Below, in pieces: positions 17,244 to 25,568 of a DNA stretch of 40,179 bases. Position numbers and translations under genes: made by a program. Positions within the stretch are counted from its first letter, which is position 1. The number at the start of each line of letters is the position of its first letter. Origin of the DNA: a virus; the IMG/VR virus record IMGVR_UViG_3300028792_000002, positions 1-40,179 of that record. One strand, given 5' to 3'. The notes below the pieces were generated by a model, which saw only the letters and a list, made by a program, of their open reading frames with translations, ran no database searches and was not told where the DNA came from.

Positions 17244-17834
17244 ATGCCCGGGAACTTGACGGACTACGAGGAGAACCGACTCCTCGACCTGTCGTGGTTG
17301 ACGACCGACAAGGCTGCGTTGATGGCGGTGCTGGGCACGGACTCGACGACCGGCACCGAGGTGACCGGGGGCTCGTACGCCCGACAGACCACCAGTTCGC
17401 TGGCGTCCGCGTCCGCCGGGTCGAAGTCCACGTCGGCTGCGCTGTCGTTCACCGGGATGCCGGTGACGGACGTGCAGGGCTGGGCCCTGTTCGACTCGGC
17501 GGGGACGAACCGGAAGTGGTACGGCCTGTTCGCGGAGACCACCGGCACCGCCCAGGCGACCGGTGACACGGTCACCGCGACCGCGCACGGGCTGTCGAAC
17601 GGGCAGAAGGTCGTGTTCCTCACCGGCTACGTCCCGGCGGGCCTGTCGGCGTCGACGACGTACTTCGTGGTGGGTGCGACGACGAACACGTTCCAGGTGG
17701 CCGCCACCTCTGGCGGCAGCGCCATCGACATCACCGCGGACGCGGCGAAGGTCGTGTTCGGGAAGGTGCAGGCCGTGACCGTGGGGCAGACGTTGCAGAT
17801 CGCGTCGGGCCAGCTGACGATCTCGATGGACTGA
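17244..17834 (+). CDS. Minor tail protein, 196 aa
   Basis: GAGGAG RBS. N-terminal NLTDYEENRLLD..GGSYARQ pattern, which I recall from uncharacterised phage tail-region proteins. Confidence 0.6.
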   Translation: MPGNLTDYEENRLLDLSWLTTDKAALMAVLGTDSTTGTEVTGGSYARQTTSSLASASAGSKSTSAALSFTGMPVTDVQGWALFDSAGTNRKWYGLFAETTGTAQATGDTVTATAHGLSNGQKVVFLTGYVPAGLSASTTYFVVGATTNTFQVAATSGGSAIDITADAAKVVFGKVQAVTVGQTLQIASGQLTISMD

Positions 17835-17847
17835 CGGGGTCTCCCTG

Positions 17848-18651
17848 ATGGCTCGTCTGCGGTACAACGGCCTCACGGCTGCCCTGGGTGCTTCCCTGAC
17901 GTCGTCGGCGACGTCGGTGACGTTCGCGGCTGCCCTGACCCACAGCAACGGTGTGGCGGTCCCGACGTTGTCGGGTGGTGACTACATCCCGTTGACGATC
18001 CTCGACTCGTCGGGGAACGTGTCGGAGATCGTCTACTTGACGGCGTACACGTCGGGTGGGACGACGGGGACGATCACGCGGGCGTGTGAGACGACGGTGA
18101 CGGGGGTTGCGCATTCGTCGGGCGACAAGGTGGTACATGGGGCCACGGTTGCGGACATTGCACCAGGGATCGTCTTGCTCAAGAAGATCACGCTGGCATC
18201 CGACGCCGCGTCCCTCGCGTTCACCAGCACCGACATTCCCACCACCGGCTACTCCCACCTACGGCTACAGATTCTCGGGCGCACGACGCTGAACGACGTC
18301 GACGAGAGCCTGAGCCTCACGATCAACGGCGACACGACGACGGCCAACTACCGACACAAGTACTGGTACGGCTCAACGAACAGCAACGCGACGGGTCCGG
18401 ATGCGATGTTCCTCGCTGCGGTGAACGCGCCCGCCGCCCGCCCGGGCCTTTCGGATCTTGACTTCTTCGACTTCCTGGGGAGCTGGCAGAAACTCGTCAA
18501 GACGAGCTACTACTCGCCCGGCAGTCAGACCGAGGGCCTTGGTGCCATCGAGTGGTTCAACACCGCAGCCATCACCAGCATCTCGCTCGCCCCCGCCACC
18601 GGGTCGAACTTCGTGGCTGGGACGAAGGCGTGGCTCTACGGCATCGTGTGA
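17848..18651 (+). CDS. Minor tail protein, 267 aa
   Basis: Synteny. The 3' 279 nt are overlapped antisense by the acyltransferase ORF. Confidence 0.6.
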   Translation: MARLRYNGLTAALGASLTSSATSVTFAAALTHSNGVAVPTLSGGDYIPLTILDSSGNVSEIVYLTAYTSGGTTGTITRACETTVTGVAHSSGDKVVHGATVADIAPGIVLLKKITLASDAASLAFTSTDIPTTGYSHLRLQILGRTTLNDVDESLSLTINGDTTTANYRHKYWYGSTNSNATGPDAMFLAAVNAPAARPGLSDLDFFDFLGSWQKLVKTSYYSPGSQTEGLGAIEWFNTAAITSISLAPATGSNFVAGTKAWLYGIV

Positions 18652-19653
18652 CGCACCACGTCGCGAATGCTCGAGCAACGGTCGTTCCGCGTAGCGCCAG
18701 GAAAGCCAAGCGATCAGCACCGACAGTCCCACCAAAACGCTTCGGCCCAACAGGTTGAAGTCGACGACGTTGAGTAACAGCCCGTGCCATAGGTACAGGC
18801 CGTATGAGAGTCGCCCAAACCAACCCAGCGACGGTGACGCAAGGGGGCCGGCCTCCACCGTCCGGGCGGCGGTCACCAGAACCGCGGCCAGCACGGCCGC
18901 CACCATCGATCCCCACAGCACGCCGCGGTCACCGGGGAGGACCACGGTGATCGCAAGGCCGCCGAGTGCGAGCGCGACTGCGCGCCGACCGAGTTGCGGA
19001 AGCCGACCGTCACGTTCGAGCGAAGCCAGCAGGCACCCGAGCAGCAACGCGTAGGCGTTGGTGTCCGGCGCAAAGTACACCCGCGTGAAGCCGAAGGTGA
19101 GGATCGCGGCGCCCCGCCAGGCCACTGCCACGGCAAGCATCGCAGCCAGGATGCGAGTCGCGGAAGGGCGTCGCCGAACCACGAGCGTCAACAGCAGCGG
19201 CCACACGAGGTAGAACTGCTCCTCGACCGCCAGCGACCACGTCCCGCCCAACGGGCTATTCAGTCCATGCGCGACGGCGAAGTCCATCATGTAGCCACCA
19301 GACAGAATGACGTCGCGCAGCGTCGAGAGCGGTGACCCGCCGCCGAGCATCACCAGCACGGGCAGCGCCACCAGGACCGACACGAGCGCCGGGAGCAATC
19401 GCGCAGCACGGCGCAGATAGAACCGCCGGTACGAAACCTGGCCGTCCCGGTCGAGGTCACGCAGAAGGATGCCGCTGATCAGGTAGCCGGAGAGCACGAA
19501 GAAGACGGTCACGCCTACGGCGCCCGGGCGATTGATCCACGGGACGCTGCCGAGCAGCACGTGGTGAGCGAGCACAAGCAGGATCGCGATGCCTCGCAGT
19601 CCGTCCAGCGCGGGCCTACGCCCGAGCCGCCACGTATCCCCCGTGTGGTCCAT
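18373..19653 (-). CDS. Acyltransferase family 3 (OafA/Oac-like) integral membrane protein
   Basis: N-terminal RRPALDGLRGIAILLVLAHH..VTVFFVLSGYLISG signature and multiple hydrophobic helices. ATG at 19653 is preceded by GGAGG. No stop codon until 18373. Confidence 0.85.
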   Translation of the reverse strand: MDHTGDTWRLGRRPALDGLRGIAILLVLAHHVLLGSVPWINRPGAVGVTVFFVLSGYLISGILLRDLDRDGQVSYRRFYLRRAARLLPALVSVLVALPVLVMLGGGSPLSTLRDVILSGGYMMDFAVAHGLNSPLGGTWSLAVEEQFYLVWPLLLTLVVRRRPSATRILAAMLAVAVAWRGAAILTFGFTRVYFAPDTNAYALLLGCLLASLERDGRLPQLGRRAVALALGGLAITVVLPGDRGVLWGSMVAAVLAAVLVTAARTVEAGPLASPSLGWFGRLSYGLYLWHGLLLNVVDFNLLGRSVLVGLSVLIAWLSWRYAERPLLEHSRRGASHDAVEPRLRPSHEVRPGGGGERDAGDGCGVEPLDGTKALGLTAGRVVARLDEFLPAPQEVEEVKIRKARAGGGRVHRSEEHRIRTRRVAVR

Positions 19654-19756
19654 GCCTCCGAGTGTGCGGCACCCCACCCCCGATTAACAGTCAAATCCGT
19701 GCCCTGACAGCCGGCACCCCACACTTTCGGCGGGATCCCGACGCAGGAGGTAGTGC

Positions 19757-22468
19757 ATGTACGCCGGATCGGCTTACGCTGCCGCCCCCTACGCGGGCGA
19801 GACGTCGACCGGTCCCGCGCCCCTCATCGCCGACCCTGCCGCCGGGGAGGGCGCCGGCGACAGCACCGCCACCCCGACGATCGTCCCCGTCCTGGTCACC
19901 GACCCCGGGACCGGTACAGGCACCGGCGACGGGACCGCGACGCCCACCCTGATCGACGCGATCCTCACCGACCCCGCCACCGGTGCTGGTTCCTCCGACG
20001 CCACAGCGGCCGCGGACCTGTCCGGCGGCACCGCCACTGCACCCCCCGCAACCGGCACAGGTAGCAGCGACGGCACCGCCGGCACACCCACCATGAGCGG
20101 CGGACTCGTCACCTCCGACCCCGCCAGCGGCACCGCGTCCTCCGATGGCACTGGTGCCGCGACCCGCTCCTACCCACCGCCCACCCCACTCGTCAACTAC
20201 GAGCTCGAGGACAGCCGCGTCCTCCTCTCCACCGACAGTGGCCTCGACGACGACGCATCCCTCTCCCGGGAACCGCTCCGCACGGTCGCGATCTCCGTAC
20301 CGGCCGCCAACTTCAACACCACCACCGGCCTCCCCGCCACCGCCTACGTGAACGGGCGTGCCGTCTTCCACGACACGTGGGCCGACAGCGTGCACCTCGT
20401 CGTCGACGGGGTCGACGTGACCCGGTTCCGTGGCCAGCCCGCCGACATCGTGCAGTGGCCGTTGCTGTCGCAGGACCCCCTCGGCTACGGCGGCGCGATC
20501 TTCGGTTTCCCCGGGTTCAACGCCGGGGAACTCCGGTCCACCCCGTCGGCGATGCCGCGGGGGCTGCGGTGGGCTAGGAACCACGCCCGTGCCGCCCTGG
20601 TGCCCGTGGTCGGTGGGGTACGGCAGGACCCGATCTGGCGTGGCCGCCTGTCCCGGTTCCAGTTCACCAGCGACCGTAAGGTGCAGGCCGTCTTCGACGG
20701 CGACGCCGTCGGCGCACTGGCCACCGACCAGCGGCAGCAGCAGATCTTCCACCGGAAGAAGGACGCCGGGATCTGGCTCTACGACGCGTTCGTCTCCCAC
20801 AACCTGCGCCTCACCCCCTACCTCGGTGCCACCACCGGCATCGTCCTCCCCGAACGCGGCTCCGGAGAGACCTACCTCGAGTACGTGCAGTCCCTGCTCG
20901 CCGACCAGGTGCACGTCGACGGCTCCTGCTACACCGTGATGCCCACCTCTGATGGGTCGTCGTACCACCATCAGCTGCGGGACACGACGACCGTCCACTA
21001 CACCGTGTTCGCCGAGGCCGACGGTGTCGACCTGACCGGCCTCGTCCGTGACGGCAACGAGGAACCGAACACGTTCTACGGGTACGGGCAGGACCCGGAC
21101 GGCCGGATCTGGATGAAGGCCGTCCTCCCCGGCCTCACCTCCCAAGGCACCCCGCCGGACTACCCGATCGCCGCCGGCACCCCCTTCGGGATCGGGACGA
21201 CGAACGCAGCGTTCGACGACCCGGCCGCCGACATGCTCGCGGCGATGATCTGGAAGCTCGTCGGCATCAACCGGCTGTCCCGGAAGGACGCGCCGGGCGG
21301 GTACGACGACGACGTCGCCGAGGCCGTGAAGGACGTCCAGGAAGCCGCCGGACTCACCGTGACCGGGGTGATGAACCCGGCGACGTGGGACGCGATGTAC
21401 TCCCACGGCGTGACCGGGTTCAACATCAACAACGCCCGGGTGACGCCGCTGGTGCAGAAGCCGTCGGTGTCGAAGTGGCTGTTCGACACGAACGGTGACC
21501 TGGTCGGCCGGAACCCGGCGTTCGACCCGCGCACCCAGATCGTCGCCCGGACCATCCAGCACGGCAACCTCCCCCAGGATGCGGCGACCCGCTGGTCCCG
21601 TGGGGAGATGGCTCGGCAGGACGGCCCGAACTGGGCCGGCACCATCAACCTGAACCGGGTGGACGTATTCGCCGGCGACTACAACCATGGCGACCCCGAC
21701 CCGGTCATCGTGTCCCGGTTCGCGATCAAGGCGAACCGGAACATCAAGGTCGTCGGCCACGACGGGGACACCCTGTTCCACATCGCCGCGAACCAACCCC
21801 AGTCCTGGGACTCGACCACGTTGACGGTGGACACGCAGGCCCGGGACCGGAAGACCATCGGGGAGATCCGAGCCCGCAACGTCGAGTCCCGTCGCAACCG
21901 TGGCCGCATCTGGAAGCAGGAGCACGGCCAGTCGGGGATGGCGAAGGACGGCCGCATCCCGTTCTGGGGCCCCGCGGGTGTCGTCGACACCCCCATCCAC
22001 CTCACCGGGGGCCGGTGGAACGAGTTCTTCGTGCTCGCCGGCGACGAGGGCACCATCGGGAAGCTGCGGCTGCACGTCGCCACCTCAGCGTTCTACGCGG
22101 CCGTGTTCGCACAACGCCCGGGTGTGGGCTGGTTGCAACGCCACATCGGGGACCCGTCGGCGGTCGACCACGACAAGAACCCGGTGTGGATGAAGGAGTC
22201 GGTGCAGGCCCGCCTGTTCGAGCAGCGGACCCTGCTGCACGCCCAGGGCACCGCCGCGGAGCCCCTCGGCTACGCCCCGCGAACCCATCAGAAGGCCGAC
22301 GGGTCCGGGGTGACCGACGCCCCCGTCACAGGCCTCCACGTCGACGACAGTGGGTTCCCGTTCCACGCCTACGGGCAGCCGTTGCTGTGGGTGGCGATCT
22401 GGCCCCTCGCGGACTCGGTGGTCCGGCCGGGCCGGATCATGTGGGACCAGCTCGCGAGCATGTCGTGA
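19757..22468 (+). CDS. Large minor tail protein with N-terminal repeats and a peptidoglycan-binding-like segment
   Basis: 903 aa, AGGAGG RBS. About five degenerate DPxxGxGxxDxTAxPT units. GYDDDVAEAVKDVQEAAGLTVTGVMNPATWDAMY resembles a PG_binding_1 repeat. Confidence 0.8.
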   Translation: MYAGSAYAAAPYAGETSTGPAPLIADPAAGEGAGDSTATPTIVPVLVTDPGTGTGTGDGTATPTLIDAILTDPATGAGSSDATAAADLSGGTATAPPATGTGSSDGTAGTPTMSGGLVTSDPASGTASSDGTGAATRSYPPPTPLVNYELEDSRVLLSTDSGLDDDASLSREPLRTVAISVPAANFNTTTGLPATAYVNGRAVFHDTWADSVHLVVDGVDVTRFRGQPADIVQWPLLSQDPLGYGGAIFGFPGFNAGELRSTPSAMPRGLRWARNHARAALVPVVGGVRQDPIWRGRLSRFQFTSDRKVQAVFDGDAVGALATDQRQQQIFHRKKDAGIWLYDAFVSHNLRLTPYLGATTGIVLPERGSGETYLEYVQSLLADQVHVDGSCYTVMPTSDGSSYHHQLRDTTTVHYTVFAEADGVDLTGLVRDGNEEPNTFYGYGQDPDGRIWMKAVLPGLTSQGTPPDYPIAAGTPFGIGTTNAAFDDPAADMLAAMIWKLVGINRLSRKDAPGGYDDDVAEAVKDVQEAAGLTVTGVMNPATWDAMYSHGVTGFNINNARVTPLVQKPSVSKWLFDTNGDLVGRNPAFDPRTQIVARTIQHGNLPQDAATRWSRGEMARQDGPNWAGTINLNRVDVFAGDYNHGDPDPVIVSRFAIKANRNIKVVGHDGDTLFHIAANQPQSWDSTTLTVDTQARDRKTIGEIRARNVESRRNRGRIWKQEHGQSGMAKDGRIPFWGPAGVVDTPIHLTGGRWNEFFVLAGDEGTIGKLRLHVATSAFYAAVFAQRPGVGWLQRHIGDPSAVDHDKNPVWMKESVQARLFEQRTLLHAQGTAAEPLGYAPRTHQKADGSGVTDAPVTGLHVDDSGFPFHAYGQPLLWVAIWPLADSVVRPGRIMWDQLASMS

Positions 22469-23694
22469 GCAACGACCTGCGCGCCGACGCCCACCCCCTC
22501 ACCTTCGGGGTGACCGGTGGACCGGTGAACAACACGGGCTTCACCCTCGAGTCCGGAGAGACGCCCTGCTCCTACGGGATCGGGTCGACGGCCTGGTGGA
22601 CGTTCACCACCGGCCCCGACGACGCCGGCCGCAAAGTCGTGGTCGACACGTACTGGACCGGCGCCCCCACGTCGCTGGCCGTCTGGCACGGCTCCACCTC
22701 CCTGAACGCTCAAGCGTCCTTCAGTGGCCCGGCCGCCGCCACCATCACGGTCGCCGCGAACACCACCTACCACGTGCAGGTCGACTCCATCGGCGCCACT
22801 GCCGACCTCGCCGTCTCCGTCGCCTTCCACATCGAGCACACAGCCGAGATCCCGTTCGGCGGTGCCGAGGCGTTCTACCTGGGCGTCGACGAGTTCCACC
22901 ACGTCTCGGTGGGCATGACCGAGCACTTCCAATCGAACACCAGCATCGACGACGGCGCCGGCACACCGTTCGATCAGCGATCCATCGCCTACGCCAACAC
23001 CATCACCCCCAGCGGCGCCCTCGCTGACCCGTCGACCAGCAACTACTTCACCGCCGACAGCCAGCAGTTCGCCGCCGACGTATATGCCGGCGCCCACGGC
23101 GACTACTACGAGCAGCTCTGGCTGCATGCCGGGCTCTCGGACGGTGCCGACGTCGTCCCGGCCGACGCGCTCGAGATCGACTTCGCCGTCAAGCTCACCG
23201 CGAAGTCCGATACCGGGGCGCACGGCTACTGGTGGGAGATCGACTTCTTCTGCGCGGGCGCGAACGCCTACTCGTCCACCGACCCATCTTGGCCCGGCGG
23301 GCGGCCGTGGATCACCTTCACTGGCCTCGACCTGTCCGGTGGCAGTTCGTGGACCACGTCGACGACTTCGTGGACCGAGCTCTACAACATCAACCCCGAC
23401 GTGCTCACCGCGGCGATCGCGAACCTGCGGGCCGGCCGGGTCACCGCGCTGATCCAGCCCGCCGTGGTGTACGGATCGATCGTCTCGGACTGGGTGGACT
23501 TCTACGCCTACCTGGCGCTGATGGTGCGGTGGTTCACCTACGACCGTCCCGGCCCGCCCAACCCGCTGGTCCCACCGCATCAGCGCGTGTTCCCCCGTGG
23601 CAACGACAGCCGCGGCGTCCGCTCCGGCGCCCGCGTGTTCCCCCGCCCCACCACCCGGATCGGCTCCAACAGGACCGGGCACGTCATCTACTGA
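22465..23694 (+). CDS. Minor tail / candidate receptor-binding protein, 409 aa
   Basis: GTG overlaps the upstream stop (GTGA). Last tail gene before the lysis cassette. Confidence 0.65.
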   Translation: MSNDLRADAHPLTFGVTGGPVNNTGFTLESGETPCSYGIGSTAWWTFTTGPDDAGRKVVVDTYWTGAPTSLAVWHGSTSLNAQASFSGPAAATITVAANTTYHVQVDSIGATADLAVSVAFHIEHTAEIPFGGAEAFYLGVDEFHHVSVGMTEHFQSNTSIDDGAGTPFDQRSIAYANTITPSGALADPSTSNYFTADSQQFAADVYAGAHGDYYEQLWLHAGLSDGADVVPADALEIDFAVKLTAKSDTGAHGYWWEIDFFCAGANAYSSTDPSWPGGRPWITFTGLDLSGGSSWTTSTTSWTELYNINPDVLTAAIANLRAGRVTALIQPAVVYGSIVSDWVDFYAYLALMVRWFTYDRPGPPNPLVPPHQRVFPRGNDSRGVRSGARVFPRPTTRIGSNRTGHVIY

Positions 23695-23718
23695 CACCCG
23701 GCCGCGCACCCTCACGGC

Positions 23719-24564
23719 ATGAACGCACGCATCGACGGGATCGACCTGTCCCACTGGCAGGGCGGCGCCCTCGACTTCGGCACCGCCAAGCGCGCCGGCG
23801 TCCGGTTCGTGTTCCACAAGGCCACCGAGGGCACCGGCAGCAAGGACCCGAACTACGGCCACCGTCGTGACGAGGTCGCCGCCGCAGGGATCCCGTTCGG
23901 CGCCTACCACTTCGCCAGGCCCGCCGCGTCCGACGGCAAGACCCAGGCCCGCTACTTCCTGTCCGTCGCCAGGCCCCGGCCGGGCGACATGCGGCCCATG
24001 CTCGACCTCGAGGACGCGGGCGGCCTGCAGACGGGGCGGCTCACCGTCTGGGTGCGGGACTTCGTCGCCGAGGTCGCCAAGGAGACCGGCGTCAAGCCGA
24101 TCATCTACACGTCGTTCACCCTCGAGGACCACTGGGACTGTGCCCTCTGGGTGGCCCGATACTCCGACGCCATGAACCCGCCCCGGGTCCCGATGCCGTG
24201 GCGGCAGTGGACGATCTGGCAGTTCTCCAACGGCGAGTTCGGCCACCCGTCCACCGTGCCGGGCATCGGGCGCTGCGACATCAACACGATCAACAGCCAC
24301 GACCCCGGCCGCGTCGTCGAGGCCCTGCGCATCGGGCACACCGATGCGCCGCCGGAGCCGCAGCCGAAGCCGCTCGAGCGGCCGGCCACCCCGACCCGCG
24401 TGCTCCGCGCCCGGGACCAGCTGCACGTCGCGCTCAACGCCACGAACACGGCGCTCGCGCTCTGTACCGCCTCGAAGCGACCGCGGGCCCTGCTCGCGGC
24501 CGTCGTACTCCGCCGCGCCGTGAAGCTGCTGCAGCGCAGCCTCACCACCCTCCCGCCCGACTGA
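23719..24564 (+). CDS. Endolysin, glycoside hydrolase family 25 muramidase
   Basis: GIDLSHWQG, FVFHKATEG and FGAYHFARP motifs typical of GH25. About 80 aa of unassigned C-terminus. Confidence 0.85.
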   Translation: MNARIDGIDLSHWQGGALDFGTAKRAGVRFVFHKATEGTGSKDPNYGHRRDEVAAAGIPFGAYHFARPAASDGKTQARYFLSVARPRPGDMRPMLDLEDAGGLQTGRLTVWVRDFVAEVAKETGVKPIIYTSFTLEDHWDCALWVARYSDAMNPPRVPMPWRQWTIWQFSNGEFGHPSTVPGIGRCDINTINSHDPGRVVEALRIGHTDAPPEPQPKPLERPATPTRVLRARDQLHVALNATNTALALCTASKRPRALLAAVVLRRAVKLLQRSLTTLPPD

Positions 24565-24578
24565 CCCCTGGAGCACCC

Positions 24579-24770
24579 ATGATCCCGTCCTCCGTCGCCC
24601 GCACCGCCAAGGCCGTCGCCGCCCTGCTCGTCTGCGCGGCCGCGTACCTCGTCGGCATCCTGTCCGGCAACCAGACCCTCGGTGACGTCACCACCGTCCA
24701 GTGGCTCGGCCTCGTCGTGTTCATGGGCGGCGCCTACGGCATCACGTACGCCGTCCCGAACCGCCGCTGA
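24579..24770 (+). CDS. Holin-like membrane protein, 63 aa
   Basis: Two hydrophobic helices (AVAALLVCAAAYLVGIL, WLGLVVFMGGAYGITYA). Immediately after the endolysin gene. Confidence 0.6.
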   Translation: MIPSSVARTAKAVAALLVCAAAYLVGILSGNQTLGDVTTVQWLGLVVFMGGAYGITYAVPNRR

Positions 24771-24822
24771 CACACGGCCCCCGACTCTGGGGGTCCAGCA
24801 CCCGCGACCGACAAGGCCACCC

Positions 24823-25290
24823 ATGGTCCACTTCCTGACCTCCACCGCCGGCATCATCACCAGCGTGGGAGCCGCCTGCCTGCTGCTGGCGGGACTCGGG
24901 AAGTGGCTGTACGGCACCAAGAAGCAGCCCGGCGTCTTCCGCAAGCTGGGCGCCGACGGCCGCGCCATCCGCGACACCCTCGTCGGCCGCGACGCCATCC
25001 ACGACAGCATCACCGGCGAGGAACTCTCCCCAGCGATCCTCGGTGTCGGCGCACGCATGGCCCACCAGGAGTCCGAGACCAGCGAGATCAAGGACGCCGT
25101 CACTTCCCTCGCCTCGTCCGTCGCCACCCTCGTTGACCTGCGCACCGAGATCACCGACCTGACCGGCCGGGTGGCGCACATCGAGACGGCGATCGGGATG
25201 GAGCGTCACCTGAAGGGCCTCGAGTCGGTGCAGCTGCTGCGGACCATCGAGTCCGTCGCGACCGGCGAACCACCCACTGTCGGCGACTGA
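24823..25290 (+). CDS. Membrane-anchored coiled protein, 155 aa (lysis accessory candidate)
   Basis: N-terminal TM helix (IITSVGAACLLLAGLG) followed by a helical region. Last gene of the late operon. Confidence 0.55.
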   Translation: MVHFLTSTAGIITSVGAACLLLAGLGKWLYGTKKQPGVFRKLGADGRAIRDTLVGRDAIHDSITGEELSPAILGVGARMAHQESETSEIKDAVTSLASSVATLVDLRTEITDLTGRVAHIETAIGMERHLKGLESVQLLRTIESVATGEPPTVGD

Positions 25291-25384
25291 TGCCCGGCCG
25301 GCAGCTCCCCTGCGGAGCGTGTCGGCATGACCACGGCTGCCTGCCCTGCGACTGGTGTCCCTGTCCCGCCGCACCCGTCCCTGG

Positions 25385-25406
25385 TGGGGCAGCCCATGGG
25401 GCAGCC
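25385..25406 (+). repeat. Two direct TGGGGCAGCC copies (candidate arm-type Int sites, P arm)
   Basis: TGGGGCAGCC at 25385 and 25397. Confidence 0.5.
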
Positions 25407-25518
25407 ACCGGTCCCACGAGGTCCCCAGGCACCCCCAGCCGACACCCCCGAAACACGGGCTGACCTGCACGAACAGCCCTCGCGTCACCTCGGGCCCTAC
25501 TATGCCCTGAGCGCCCGA

Positions 25519-25568
25519 TCAGACTTCTAATCTGTTGGTCGCAGGTTCGAATCCTGCCGGGGGCGCCC
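25519..25568 (+). other. attP core: 3' half of a tRNA-Arg(TCT)
   Basis: Anticodon stem-loop with CTTCTAA loop (25524-25530), variable loop, T-arm GCAGG-TTCGAAT-CCTGC and 3' acceptor strand CGGGGGC. No matching 5' acceptor strand or D-arm upstream. Confidence 0.75.

Noticed and set aside
25327-25530. 67-aa plus-strand ORF in the attP left arm.
   Set aside because: Pro-rich, with no RBS. It runs into the tRNA-derived core and stops in the anticodon loop. The interval is better explained as attP arm DNA with Int-binding repeats.
25491-25568. Possibility of a complete tRNA-Arg gene at attP.
   Set aside because: The sequence upstream of 25519 provides no 5' acceptor strand complementary to CGGGGGC and no D-arm. 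Only the 3' half is present, as expected for attP.
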